Source: a virus (taxonomy: Duplodnaviria > Caudoviricetes). Taken from it: a stretch of DNA of 64,000 bases. The stretch spans positions 1 to 64,000 of the IMG/VR virus record IMGVR_UViG_3300050146_000027; one strand, 5' to 3'. Both the position numbers and the translations under genes were made by a program. Under the pieces are notes generated by a model. It saw only the letters and a program-made list of their open reading frames with translations. It ran no database searches and had not been told where the DNA came from. Position 1 is the stretch's first letter; each line of letters opens with the position of its first letter. Below, piece after piece: positions 34,577 through 46,800 of this stretch.

Positions 34577-35527
34577 ATGGCCGTACTTGACCCAGCAGCA
34601 GATGCCAATGCTCTGTTCAGCCAGTTGACTGAAGACTATGCTCTTTCCCTACCTGAATTTGACTTGAGCGGGCCTCAATTTGATTTCCCCTTTGACCAGA
34701 CATCTACGATCTACGATGCTGTCGCCAAGATCTCCATCTGTGACCTGACTACCGGAGAAGTTGGTGGCTCTGGTGTATTTGACTCGCTGATGAAGACGGT
34801 GGCTGCCCACCTGAAAGCTGAGTTTGACGCTGGCCGAATTACCGGTGCGGAATACACCAAGTCCTACATTGCAGCCATTGAATCGTCGATGAGCAATGGC
34901 ACTCAGTTTCTGCTTCAAAAGGATGCAGCGTTTTGGCAAGCACAGACAGCCCAACTGGCTGCCATCACTGCACGAGTGCAGCTGCAAACTGCTAAGGCTC
35001 AGCTGGTTCAGACCATGTACGGAGCCCTGACGGAGAAGGCAAAGTACGCCTTGCTGAAAATGCAAGCCACTACAGCCACGATCGAATACAAGGTTGCCGA
35101 ATACAACCACACGATGATGCAGCCTCTTCAGAAGGAAATTCTGGAGAAGCAATCTGCGACTACCACGCTTCAGATTGAAGGCCTGGACCTGGACAACCAA
35201 ACCAAAGACTTCACCCTAATCAACATCCTGCCGACGCAGCGGAATCTGCTCACTGAGCAAATGGAAGCTGCTCGTGCCCAGACCTTGGATGTGCGTAGCG
35301 ACGGGACTACTCCAGTCACCGGCTCTGTGGGCAAGCAAAAGGACCTGTACGCCCAGCAGATTACTTCCTACCAGCGCAAGTCTGAACTCGACGCAGCACG
35401 CCTGTGGTCGGATGCCTGGACTGTCCAGAAAACCATTGATGAAGGTTTGACGGCACCCACCAACTTCACGAACACCAACGTGGATACTGTGCTTTCTCGT
35501 ATCCGGACAGCTAATGGGCTGACGTAA
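34577..35527 (+). CDS. N4 gp54-like structural protein
   Basis: G.G.FD.LM.....HL..EF..GRITGAEY; GKQKDLY.QQI.SY.R. Confidence 0.8.
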   Translation: MAVLDPAADANALFSQLTEDYALSLPEFDLSGPQFDFPFDQTSTIYDAVAKISICDLTTGEVGGSGVFDSLMKTVAAHLKAEFDAGRITGAEYTKSYIAAIESSMSNGTQFLLQKDAAFWQAQTAQLAAITARVQLQTAKAQLVQTMYGALTEKAKYALLKMQATTATIEYKVAEYNHTMMQPLQKEILEKQSATTTLQIEGLDLDNQTKDFTLINILPTQRNLLTEQMEAARAQTLDVRSDGTTPVTGSVGKQKDLYAQQITSYQRKSELDAARLWSDAWTVQKTIDEGLTAPTNFTNTNVDTVLSRIRTANGLT

Positions 35528-38196
35528 TGGGCAGCAAGAAAACCTATGTGGCTTCTGCCGTGTACAACATGGCAGGGGACATCAAAGACCGCCCCCACTA
35601 TCTCAAAACGATGGTGGCTGGGCGAGTGCTTTCTGGCCAACCTGCTACTGAAAGTTTCACAGCCACAAGTCTTCGAAGCTATTTAAAAGGTCCTGGCATT
35701 GACCTTCGCCATTTTGTTCGATGGGCCCGTTTAGATGGCTACAACGCAAATCTTGGTGAGGTACAGAGCACAATCTCAGTGCCGAACAACATCAATACTA
35801 CGGCCCTGTCTGCACAGTTGGAACTGATCTACGGCAAAACTCTGTACCTGAACCGAGTCAACGTGGGCATGGCTGATTATGGCATTTGGGCTAATCAGTA
35901 CATGTTGGCAAATCACCAGGACAAGTACACAACAGCATGGGCAGCTGATTTTAATGAAGCTACTGGGCAGATCATCATTCGAATTCCTATGATGTCGCCA
36001 ATCACATTCACCCCAGTTGGTTATGTGCAGTCGGCTCAGTACATGTATGTAAGCCTGAACCAAGAGAAGGATTTTGTGTCTTCGTCAGAGACTTCGGGTT
36101 GGTTGGTTGGTCAGGTAGACGTCCCTGACGATTACACAATCCAAAGCAACCAGACCAACAGCGTCACTGTATTGCTCGAAGACACGACAGTTGTTTCTCA
36201 AACTTTGAATGGTGGAGTGCCTTACAGTTCTGCTTTTAGTAACCCACACTACGAGACCATTTCTCTGACAAGCCAGCTCTATACCCGTAAGTCAAATTTA
36301 CCAAACATCGACTCTGACCTTGTTGTGGGCAGTGTCACTGAAAGCATTGAGATTCGTGAGGTGCAGAGCATTCACGAGAAAATCAACACGAGCACGTTGA
36401 CTGAGTTAGTTCAAGCTGGCACTCGAATCAGTAATACCACTAGCACAATTCAAACACTTCAGAAACACACAGAGTATCAAAAGATTACTGTGACTGTTCG
36501 TGAGAAGTCTTGGGCAAATGAAGAGATTTTCATCTACCGACAAGGTAGCGGCAATGCTGCGCTTGATGCTTTGTTTGTGGCTCGCAGTGCGGCAGGTTCA
36601 TTTTTCCCAGCTATTCCTATTCGCATTAACAACAAGTTTGTGACGGAACCTCAGTACGCTGGAATTCTTCCTTGGGTACAGAAGGCTGTTGCTCGCTCTA
36701 CCAACTTTACTTTTGAAAAGTTGCTGGATATTGTCAAAGACAATCCAAGCCTCAAAGACATTGATTTTGCTTACATGCTTTTTGGTGTGTCGCTAAACTC
36801 TACAGAAAATGCATCCAAGCGGTACATGTATGAGTTTTTCCGAAATGCTGGGCAGCCCTCTACAGCAGCCATGAATCAATTCTGGAATGACTACTGGGTT
36901 GCAGTGGCTTCTTGGGATGCATGGGTTCAGTGGTATGAGAGTGGCCGCTACGAATCGAATAGGTATGACTGGGATAACTCGATGCCAACTGAGCCAACTC
37001 GGTTGCCTATGCCAACGCTCCCAAAGCAGGGCATCAATGTCCGATCTCAGTATAACTACAACCTTTTGATTGAGTTTTCTGGGGCTGTTGAGGAGTTGTT
37101 TGAAGGAAAGTATTCTCCATCAGCAAAGATCAATACCCTTCGAATCTACAAAGGTCCAACATTGAACTTTAGGCAGTACCCGCAGCAAAGTGAAAAAGGC
37201 AGTCGAGCGTATCAAGGCTACTTCCTCGACACCAACGACAGTGCGCCTGCCTACCAGACTGTGATTATTGATTGGCAATACGCGCATGGTGCGTATCGTC
37301 GTTTGACTATTACTGGATTGAAGCACGTCAATTTTGTGTACGGAGGTAAAGCAGTTGAGATCACGGCATGGGATGCTCTTGATGATTTGGAAGAATCTGG
37401 ATTTATCATCCCCCTACAAGAAGAAACGTTGTTTGGGTTGCCGCTTTCGGTGACTACCCAGTTGACCACGGCCTCGACCTACATGATGTTCAACTCGTAC
37501 CAGATCGTCAAACAAGAGTGGTACCAGACTGGCATTTTTAAAGTCGTCCTGGTCATCATTACGATCGTCCTCAGTATTTACTTTCCCCCGGCTTCAGGGG
37601 TTACTGGTGGTTTGCTTGGCACCAACGTTGCTATTGGAACTGCTCTTGGTTTCACAGGCACTGCGGCTATTATTGCTGGGGCCATCGCCAATGCTATTGT
37701 TTCGATGATCGTTACTGAGATCATTTCCCGTGCTTCTATTGCTTTACTTGGACCTAGAGTTGGTTCCATTGTTGGTGCTATTCTTTCGATTGTGGTTGTT
37801 TCTGTCGGCACAAGCATGGCAGGCGGAAAGCCTCTGTCAATTTCTTTTGGCAACCTCATCAATGCAGAGAATCTGATGAAGTTGACTTCTGCTCTGAGCA
37901 CTGGCATCTCTGCCTACATTGCTTCAGGCACTCAAGACACCATCGTCGAAACTCAGGATGTTCTTGAGGACTACAAACGTCAGGCGAAGTCCATTGCTGA
38001 GCGGTACACTCAAGAATTTGGTGACTCTTCTGGCGTCATCGATCCTCTTGCTGTTGCTGACGCTGTGCAGTTCCAAATAGAAGATCCCAGCATCTTCTTG
38101 AATCGCACGTTGATGAACGGCACAGACATTGCTGACTTGTCCCACAACATGTTGGATAATTTCACAACCCTCACTACGGCCTTGCCCTTGGAGTGA
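35527..38196 (+). CDS. N4 gp53-like structural (tail/ejection) protein
   Basis: KTYVASAVYNMAGD; IDFAY..FGVSLN; GFIIPL; WYQTGIFK followed by a hydrophobic tract. Confidence 0.8.
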   Translation: MGSKKTYVASAVYNMAGDIKDRPHYLKTMVAGRVLSGQPATESFTATSLRSYLKGPGIDLRHFVRWARLDGYNANLGEVQSTISVPNNINTTALSAQLELIYGKTLYLNRVNVGMADYGIWANQYMLANHQDKYTTAWAADFNEATGQIIIRIPMMSPITFTPVGYVQSAQYMYVSLNQEKDFVSSSETSGWLVGQVDVPDDYTIQSNQTNSVTVLLEDTTVVSQTLNGGVPYSSAFSNPHYETISLTSQLYTRKSNLPNIDSDLVVGSVTESIEIREVQSIHEKINTSTLTELVQAGTRISNTTSTIQTLQKHTEYQKITVTVREKSWANEEIFIYRQGSGNAALDALFVARSAAGSFFPAIPIRINNKFVTEPQYAGILPWVQKAVARSTNFTFEKLLDIVKDNPSLKDIDFAYMLFGVSLNSTENASKRYMYEFFRNAGQPSTAAMNQFWNDYWVAVASWDAWVQWYESGRYESNRYDWDNSMPTEPTRLPMPTLPKQGINVRSQYNYNLLIEFSGAVEELFEGKYSPSAKINTLRIYKGPTLNFRQYPQQSEKGSRAYQGYFLDTNDSAPAYQTVIIDWQYAHGAYRRLTITGLKHVNFVYGGKAVEITAWDALDDLEESGFIIPLQEETLFGLPLSVTTQLTTASTYMMFNSYQIVKQEWYQTGIFKVVLVIITIVLSIYFPPASGVTGGLLGTNVAIGTALGFTGTAAIIAGAIANAIVSMIVTEIISRASIALLGPRVGSIVGAILSIVVVSVGTSMAGGKPLSISFGNLINAENLMKLTSALSTGISAYIASGTQDTIVETQDVLEDYKRQAKSIAERYTQEFGDSSGVIDPLAVADAVQFQIEDPSIFLNRTLMNGTDIADLSHNMLDNFTTLTTALPLE

Positions 38197-38198
38197 CC

Positions 38199-38657
38199 AT
38201 GTCTCAATACCAGTACAACCCTTTGGCCACGTTTGGCAGCGGCTCTCTGCAATTCGGTCAGCAAAGCCCCTTGGGCAACTTCACTCTTGGCGGCGGTCCT
38301 CTTGGCGGCGACAACCCCTACGCTTCAACAGACTTCCTTGCCCAAGCTGCAGGCAGCTCTACAGGAGGTGCTGTCCCTCAAGCTGGTGGCTTCCAGCTAG
38401 GCATGAATGCGCCGACCATCGGGATGGGCCTGTCTGGATTGAACAGCTTGGCCAACATCTGGGGTGCCTGGCAAGCCAACAAGCTGGCCAAGGATCAGTT
38501 GGCTTTCACAAAAGCCACGACCAACACCAACTTGAACAACTCGATCAAGTCCTACAACACTTCTCTTGAAGATCGGGCGCGGACTCGTGGCTTTACCGAA
38601 GGCCAGTCTGCTGCTCAAATTCAAGACTACGTTTCCACCAATCGGCTCAGCCGGTAA
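38199..38657 (+). CDS. N4 gp52-like internal virion protein
   Basis: KSYNTSLEDRARTR...Y...NRL; synteny. Confidence 0.75.
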   Translation: MSQYQYNPLATFGSGSLQFGQQSPLGNFTLGGGPLGGDNPYASTDFLAQAAGSSTGGAVPQAGGFQLGMNAPTIGMGLSGLNSLANIWGAWQANKLAKDQLAFTKATTNTNLNNSIKSYNTSLEDRARTRGFTEGQSAAQIQDYVSTNRLSR

Positions 38658-38666
38658 GGAGCCATC

Positions 38667-40673
38667 ATGGCAATTTTGACCTGGCGTAACGTTGATGCGC
38701 CCAACTTCTCTGGTGCTTTGGAAGGCTACCGCACTGCCAGTCAATTGCTGAGCAGTGCAGTCAAGTCTGGTCAAGACGTCGTTGGTGCTTACACCCAGGC
38801 CAACACTGATGCTGCTGACCGTGCCATCATGAATCGTGCACTTGGTGTGCAGGACTCTGGGGCATATCGAACTGCCTTGGCTTCCGGTTCTCTTGTTGGT
38901 TCTGATGGCCAAAACGCATCCATGAAGCTGCTTGGCGATCTGGACACCCGCACAGGCACTCTATTGAATCGTGATGTGGTTCGTGAAAACCTGGGTCAGA
39001 CTCAGTACACAAACCAGCGTGGCCAGCAGAGCGATGCTCTCATGGATGAGGCCGGTCCTGACGCTGCACAGGCTCGTTTGCTGGCCCGCAACAATGACCA
39101 AGTCGGTCTCAACAAGTTGCTGCAAAGCAGCCCCACTCTACAAAAGCTGCGTCCTGACCAGCTGGCTACTTTGTTGACCGGCGTGGACAGCTTGTCTACG
39201 AGCTTTCAAGGTCGTCGTGGCAGCGATTCGAGCTTCAAGCAAAGTGAATGGCGTTTTGGCAATGAAGTTCGTGACTCGAAGGATGCTCAAGCTGCTCAAG
39301 AGGCTTGGCTTCAGATCCAACGAGATAATGCCACTCCTGGCACAGTGCAGGGTGCTGTCAATGCACGTGCTAGCACGATGTCTCCCGGTGCCATGGCCCG
39401 ACTCAACAACCTTGCCAAAGGCGGTGGCTACAGCATCAACGGCCCGGTGGGTGCTGATGCGCCCAACATGGGCGGCCCCGGTGTTCCTTCTTCTGGTTCA
39501 GGTGGTGGTGATTCGTCTCTGTCGATCATGACCGGTGGGGCACAGTTGCCCGACAACATTCGAACTGTTGGCGACATGGTGGACAACAAGTCCACTTTGT
39601 TGAAAACCAATCCGAAAGGCACTGCCACGGGAATGTGGCAGATCACTGCTGACACATGGACTGACTTTGCACCAAAAGCTTTGGGCTCTGAGTGGCGTTC
39701 GGCTGACATCCGAGATCCTCAAGTTCAGAACAAGGTGGCGGAGTCCATTTGGAATTCTGCACGCAGTAGCGGGAAGACCATCAAAGGTCGATGGGATTCG
39801 TTGACCCAAGAAGAAGCAAACAGCATGCAGGGCATGTCATGGGACCAAGCCCGTGACATCATCAGCCGAAAAGAGTCTGGTGCAGTGGCCACGGAGATTT
39901 TGAATCAAGCTCGCAGTCGTGCAGGCAACAATCTTGGTGTGGATCTCACACGTCAAGAGATGCGTGATCGTGCCGGCCAAAACCAAGCTACAGGTATCTT
40001 CCCTGAGCTCGATGCTTTGCAAGCAAGCCGCAGCAAGTCTGTTGATGTTGCTGACCAGCTCATTGGAGAAAAGGGTCCTCTTCGTGGTGCAAACCGTGGT
40101 GAGGTGCTTGACTACATTAACTGGATCGTCGACAACAGCAAGGGTCGAATCAATCCAGCCATGGCTGGTGAGATGCTGGCCCGCAATGTGGGCAGTGCTG
40201 ACAACTTCGCTGAACGCGCTGGCAGTATGCTTTTGGACGTGGTTGGTGCTCCATTTGGTCGTAAAGTTCGAACTGGGAACCTGACCCAAGGCAGCGATGG
40301 TATTCGTCTCAAAGACGAAGGCGTTTACCAGATGATGAACGAGTATCTCTCCGGTGGTACGGCTGTTCGTCGAACTAGTCAACAAGCCCTGGCAGCCGAG
40401 GATCAGTCACTTGAAAAGCTCCGAACTAAGTACAACGACGCAGACGCCCTGTATCGCGAAATGCGTGCACAAAGCAAGACCCGCCCTGGACTCGCTGCTG
40501 TCCTCCCTGAGTATCAGCAAAAGCGTGACGCATTGGAACAGGCACTTGAACGTGCAATCAGTGAAACGAACAGCAATCAAACTTTGATGCCAAGCCGGGA
40601 TCGCCCTACACCACAACCTGTCCAAAAAAGTGCACCTGGTGTTGACATTACCAAAAATCCTGCCTTCAAATGA
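38667..40673 (+). CDS. N4 gp51-like internal virion protein with a lysozyme-like insert
   Basis: MAILTWRNV.AP.FS start; TATGMWQITADTW..Q...A..W.SL segment. Confidence 0.75.
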   Translation: MAILTWRNVDAPNFSGALEGYRTASQLLSSAVKSGQDVVGAYTQANTDAADRAIMNRALGVQDSGAYRTALASGSLVGSDGQNASMKLLGDLDTRTGTLLNRDVVRENLGQTQYTNQRGQQSDALMDEAGPDAAQARLLARNNDQVGLNKLLQSSPTLQKLRPDQLATLLTGVDSLSTSFQGRRGSDSSFKQSEWRFGNEVRDSKDAQAAQEAWLQIQRDNATPGTVQGAVNARASTMSPGAMARLNNLAKGGGYSINGPVGADAPNMGGPGVPSSGSGGGDSSLSIMTGGAQLPDNIRTVGDMVDNKSTLLKTNPKGTATGMWQITADTWTDFAPKALGSEWRSADIRDPQVQNKVAESIWNSARSSGKTIKGRWDSLTQEEANSMQGMSWDQARDIISRKESGAVATEILNQARSRAGNNLGVDLTRQEMRDRAGQNQATGIFPELDALQASRSKSVDVADQLIGEKGPLRGANRGEVLDYINWIVDNSKGRINPAMAGEMLARNVGSADNFAERAGSMLLDVVGAPFGRKVRTGNLTQGSDGIRLKDEGVYQMMNEYLSGGTAVRRTSQQALAAEDQSLEKLRTKYNDADALYREMRAQSKTRPGLAAVLPEYQQKRDALEQALERAISETNSNQTLMPSRDRPTPQPVQKSAPGVDITKNPAFK

Positions 40674-40803
40674 TTGAGTGATTTTGGCACTGACTACATC
40701 AGTCCGGAAGGCAAAAAGGTTTTTCAAAGTCGTGTTGCTGAGGCTAAAAGTGGAGGTAAACAACTGACTGAAGTTGAAATCCTTCGCGCAAAGCAGGCAG
40801 GGT

Positions 40804-40812
40804 TGCTATGAT
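40804..40812 (+). promoter_or_regulatory. possible extended -10 promoter for the vRNAP gene
   Basis: TG-C-TATGAT about 25 bp before ATG 40837. Confidence 0.35.
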
Positions 40813-40836
40813 TATGGGAACTCTCAGGAACCAAAC

Positions 40837-43800
40837 ATGGCTGACGTCAACTCCCTTCTGAATCATGCTCTCAGCATGATGTCTGCTCCCACAGCAGTCG
40901 ATACCAAAAAGCAGTCTGTTGCTGCAGCAGTCGATGAAAAGAAAAGTGCCCTGGGCAAGACCCCGGACTTTTACCAAATCGCTGCTGCAGGCAGTACCGA
41001 TGCTGGTCTGGCTTCTGCTGGTGAGTTGGAGAAGGACGTGCGGACCATGAACCAGAGTCAGCTCTGGCAGAAGTACGGTGACAAAGCTCCCCAACTGTTC
41101 CGCCAAATGGCTGATGGTCAGCAAAAGTTTTCTGCTGACATGACGATCGATCGTAATGCTGGTGAGCTCTTTAGCGACTCTACCTCAGGTGCTGCTTCTA
41201 GTTTTGTTGGTGGCTTGGGTAGCATTGCTGCTTTAGGTACTGGTCTGGTCAATGCAGACGCCGGTGCTGCTTTGTCCGGTGCTGTGGCCAAAATGGGTGA
41301 GGTTGTTCAGGGCGTTCAGTCGGAAGGTGTTGGCGCTGCACGTCGAGTTCAACAAGCTCGCTCAGCCAACACCAGTCGCGATAACGAACAACAGTACAAC
41401 CAAGACGTTGCCGATGGCAGCTCTGAGTTGGTTGCTGGCTTGAAGCAGTTTGGTCGTGATTTTGTTGACACAGCAGGCAACTCCACAGACGCGGCTTTTT
41501 TTGCCCAAGGCACCGCCGAAGCAGCCGGCTCCCTTTTGTCTGGCTCTCCTGTGGCTGCAGGTCTTCGCAAGATTGGCACAGCACTTATGGGCGGAGCTGC
41601 CAAACAACGTGCTGTTGCTTTGGCTGCCCAAATTGACCGCACCACTGGTGTTGCATCGACTGCTCGTGTCGCTGATCGTGCTCGCAAAATTGGCTCGGGT
41701 GCGGCTTGGCCTCTGGCAACTGCAGCACTTGAAGGTGGTGGTGCCTACACAGGCACGGTCAATGAAATCATGGGCATGACTCATGATCAGCTGCAAGAAG
41801 GCTCTCCTCAGTATCGTCAAATGTTGGCTGACATGGTAGCCAGTGGCGTTCCTGTTGCTGACGCACGAGAACAAGTCAAAGTCACTTTGGCGAACCAAGC
41901 AGGGGAACAGGCTGCTGCCATCCAGGCCCCTATTGCAGGCGTCACTGGTTTGCTGACTCGTGCTTTGGAAAAACCCTTCACTGCACCATCTGTGCGTGCT
42001 GCCGCTCGTGCTACGTTTGTCAACGAACCTGTTGAAGAGGCTGTTCAGTCATCGACTGGTCAGCTGGCTCAAAACATTGGTGTCCAAGCCAATGCCAATG
42101 AGAACCAAAATCTGGCCAAGGGTGTTGGCGAACAAGGTGCCATGGGTGCTATGTTTGGCATGACTTCTGCAGGTAGTGTTCAAGGTCCTGCTGTTGCCGG
42201 TTTGGGTGCACGCAATGTGTATCGTGGAGCCAAAGCTGCCGTGTCTGCTGCTGTGGAAGCAGGCAAGCCTTTGTACCAAGCACTCATTGAACGTGGTGAC
42301 CGCATTCTGCGTCAGCAAGAACAAGCTTCTCCTGTCAGCGATGAAGCCATCACCGCAGCAACCAACAATCTCAACGCAGTCGCTGAAAACTCGACTGCTG
42401 TGATGACGGAAGCCTTGAACACAGCCAAGATCGATGAAGCAGTCAAGCAGTCCGGCAACCAGTACGTTTCCTCTTTGGTTCAGTCTCTGCAGTTTGACCC
42501 AGCTGAGTTGGAAGGTGCCCCTGACTATGTGCGTCAAGCTGTGGGTGATACCACCTCTCGTGCTGAAGCCGCCATCAAGCTGGCCGACTTGGTGAACAAG
42601 TCTCAAACTGATCAAGATGCTTTGAACAACGCAGCAATGCTGTGGATGCTCATGGAACCTGTGAAGGCCATGAAAGAAGCTGACCCAGAGGCGTTTGCTT
42701 CACTACCCAAGGACAGCCCTGCTCTGTCGCTTGTGCAGCAGTATTCCCAAGTCGCGAACAGCATTGAAGCCAATGCTACTGTTCGACGTGCACTTCGTGC
42801 TGTTGAGCCTTTGCTGACTCGTGCGGCCGCTACGATTCAACCGGTGACTGAAGAATCTCTGGCCACTCCAGAAGGTCAACAGAACGTGCAGAACGCCATT
42901 GCTGTGGCATCGCTGCACCCAGACAAAGGCAACCTGGACGCCAACGAACAGATCTTGACCCATGCTGCCCAGGGCAAGCTGAATCTCACACCCGACCAGC
43001 TGAACACGCTGAAGACTTCTGTCACGTTGCTCCGAGCTCGTGCCAAGATGGAGGAACAGATTGCTGCTTCTGGCACCCGTCGGGTCAAAGATGTGGTGTC
43101 CAGTCAGATCGTGGCCGGCAATGATCCTCTTCGCAAGGTGGCCAAGTCTGCTTTGCAGCACACGCAGGAAATCCTGTCTGCCATGCGAGGCCAGAACTCT
43201 GAATTGGCCACAGCTCGTCTTGAGGATTTTGGCAAGTTTGTTCAGCACATGCAGAACAAAGTCATGGCCCTCAACACTCACTTTGCAAACGGCAATCCGA
43301 ATGCAGATGGCGTGCCATACCAACAACTCCAGCCCACAGGCAATCGTGATTTCAGGCTGTCGCGTGATGGCATGTTTGTCAACACAAACAAAGGCAGCTC
43401 GATCGATTTGGCCCAGTCTGCTGCCATCGAAGCACAAATCTTGGCAGACGTATACAACGGTCTGGTGGGCACCTTTCCTGAACTCAATCAAGCCACCATT
43501 GCAGCAGTGCCATTGGATGCTGCGTTGATCGGCGATTCTGAGACTCTGGCTCAAGGCTTTCGTGATGCACGCAAGCCAGCCAAAGCACAGCCTGTGGAGA
43601 CTGACAATGCAAACCGAAATGTCGATGGTGAGCCAAGTGCCGTGGTACCTGCACGAGATGTACGGGTGGCAGCTGGGGATGAAACAGTCGTTGCAACTCC
43701 TGCTCCAACAGAAGTTGTTGACCAAGGACGAAGCGAAGCAGTTCCACCAGTTGTGGAAACAAAACAAGACAGCACCCCCACACCTGTGGTCGAAGTGCGA

Positions 43801-46800
43801 GATCCTGTACCTGACGCAGTTGATGCCAGCGAACCGCCTGCCAGTGTGATCACCACTCCTCTGGATGATTTGTACGGTGACAACAACTTTGCTCGGTCCA
43901 GCTTCGTCTACCCAGATGAGGCCACAACCCGCCTCAGTGCTGAAGAGTCTCCAATCGCTGCAGTGCGTCGTGCACTGTCGAGCGAGACCCGCTTGAGTTC
44001 TTTCCTCTTTGGTTCGACCAAGCGAAATACTTTGAAGCCTGAAACTGCTTCTGCTTATCAACGGCTGCTCACAGACACCCTGGCACCAGTGGTCATGGCT
44101 GTGCAGCAGCAGTTGGCTGACTTCTTGAACAGCAGTTATTCCAAGAGCGTTCCACAAACGATGCAGGAAATTTTCCTGAACAACATCGAAGTTCCTCGCA
44201 AATCTGGCAAGCCATTGATGGGTTCAGAAATGAACCGACTGGCTCGCGCCAAGGTGCTGAACTTCACTCAGTTGGACAGCAATGGCAACTTGATCTACCA
44301 ACCCCAGATGTTGGAACAAGCATCGTTGGCTGCCATGCAGTGGCTGCTGTCGTCTGATTCTTTCTCCAGTGTGATGGATGAGTCTGACGTGGCCCAGATG
44401 ACTGGCCTGTCTGAAACAGCACTGCAACGAAACCCTGAACTGATTGAGCAACTGACTGAAGGCATGAGCGTTGCTCAGGCCAAAGGCTCACTCTCGATCA
44501 AGATTCGAAAGTACATGGGGCTGCAGTCGAAGAGCACCGCTGACATGGCCTACTCCAACGGTATCATCAATGCGATGGCTGCCGAGCTTCTGCGTGCCAT
44601 GGCTTCTGCTGGGTTGCTGGAGATCAACAACACCAAGCTGACCCCTGCTGTGCACGGAGTCAAGAAAGACAAGACGTTCACTCGCATCGTTGTCAAAAAG
44701 CTGGATGACAAAGAAGCTCTGGCTTCTTTTCAGGACGCCATTGAAGTGGCTTCACTGGTTGCTCCCGAAGTCACCAATTACATCGGTGACGTGACTCCTG
44801 ATGTCGCTGAGCGTCAGATGAACAACAACGAAGTGGCGAATACCACGAACCAAAAGGATGCATTGAGCAAGGAACAACAAACTCCTTTCTACGTGAATCC
44901 TGCCATGGTCAGTTTCTACACATCGCTGGGCAAAGACAATTTGCTGGCCTTGTTTGGAACTTCGTTGGATGACGAAGAGGTGTTCAACGATGCTCACTTG
45001 AAATCAGTGAAAAGCAAGAACAACTCTGTGACTTCGGCTTTTGATCATCTGCTTAGTGTCTTAGCTGATGTCAGCAACGTGGCTGAAACTGCAGGGACTG
45101 CTTTGGATCAAACCCCGATCCGTTACGCCTACAACATGAGCCGAGTGGGTCGCATGCAAATGCTTGGCAAGTACGGTCCACAAGCCAGCAAGCTGGTTCG
45201 TGAGGCCATCCTGCCTACTCGATCCACTCTGAATCTGTCCAACCAGAACAGTGGGTCATTTACTGCCTATGGTCTGGGCTTGGCCCAAGCCCTTGGCATC
45301 AAGGTGCACAACCAGCCGGCTGACGTGTCCGTAACTGAGGTCATGGCCAAGCTGAATGGTGGTCTGGCTCCTGCTGTTGAAATGGTTCGTGAATGGTTGT
45401 CGGCAGTCGATTTGAATCGCCCTGCCGAAATGACTGCCGAGCTCACGACAGACCAAGTCATGCAGCTCAAGGATGCCTTTGCTGCTGCCAAAGCAGATCT
45501 CTCGATGGTTGGTCTGCATGCTCTTGTTGATTACGCTCGCTACTTGGCCAGTGAAGATCAATCAGCATTCCAGACTTCAATGTACTTGGAAGCAGACGGC
45601 GTCACCAACGGTCCCATCAATGCCATGGCCCTGATGAGCATCGGTGGTTTTACGCCGGCATGGGTTAACAATGTTTCCAAGGGTGGTTTGGCATTTGGCC
45701 AGCCCACTACGATGGCCGACATTCGCAAAAGCGACTCCAAGGATCTGTATCAGGCATCGACTGATGCAACTCGTGCACGCCTCTCTGAACTCCGGGATTC
45801 CCTGAGCCAAGAAGGTACTGAGCAAATGGATCATCTGCTCAATCTGATGTCGCTGTTCAGCCCAGATGTGATTTTCAATCCAGATGCCAAATGGGAAGAT
45901 GGCTCTTTGGAGCTGAAGCGTGGAATCGCCAAGAACCCTCTGACCATTACCATCTACGGCTCAGGCCAGTCTGGTATTGCAGGCAAGCTGACTGGTGCTT
46001 TGGTCGATGAGATCTACGCACGCATGAGCACGCTCCTGCAGGCACGCAAAGCCAATCCAGACATCTCGGTGGCCGATGCCATGTTCCCTGGTGATCTTGA
46101 TGCTGCCAACAAGCTGGATCGTTTCAGCAAGTCGATTCATGCTCTGACCACTCTGGTGCCTGTTCGTGAGAAAGGCAATCTGCTTTTTGATGCAGTCAGC
46201 CAACCTGCCCGCAAGTTTGTGCCCAAGACGTTCAGCTTCACAGCCAGTGAACTGGAAACCATGGAAGCCAACATGCTGGAGCTGTTCGTGAAGCCGATGC
46301 GTCAAGGCATTGCTGACACTGTCGGTGAGCCATTGATGCAGGCAGTTGCTACCCTCCGTGATGCTGCTCAAGTGCAATCGATCTTCTTGGAAGCGATGTA
46401 CGTCCAACGCATTGATGAGGCCATGAACAAAAAAGAAGCCACCGATCCGATTTGGCGTCGTGGTGACTTCTTGAGTCAAGCTGAACTGAAAAAGATCACT
46501 GCCGACCTGCGTAACATTTCTCCTTTGGTTCAGACAGGGGATCAAACTTTCCTGATTACCAGCAAACAGACACTTGACCTCGAAGGTCGTGATCTGGAAT
46601 TTGGTCGTGCACTGGATGACAGTCTTCGTCCTGACGCAGACATGTTTGGTCCTGGCCAAGCTGGTGTGCGTGCAATCCCAATGATGACCATTGGTATGGG
46701 CGACGGCATGATGATGCAACTGCTGGCCCAGATGGGCTTGCAAGGCACGCTCAAGATCTTTGATGGCATGAACATGCCTTTGGACAAGATCGGTCAGTAC

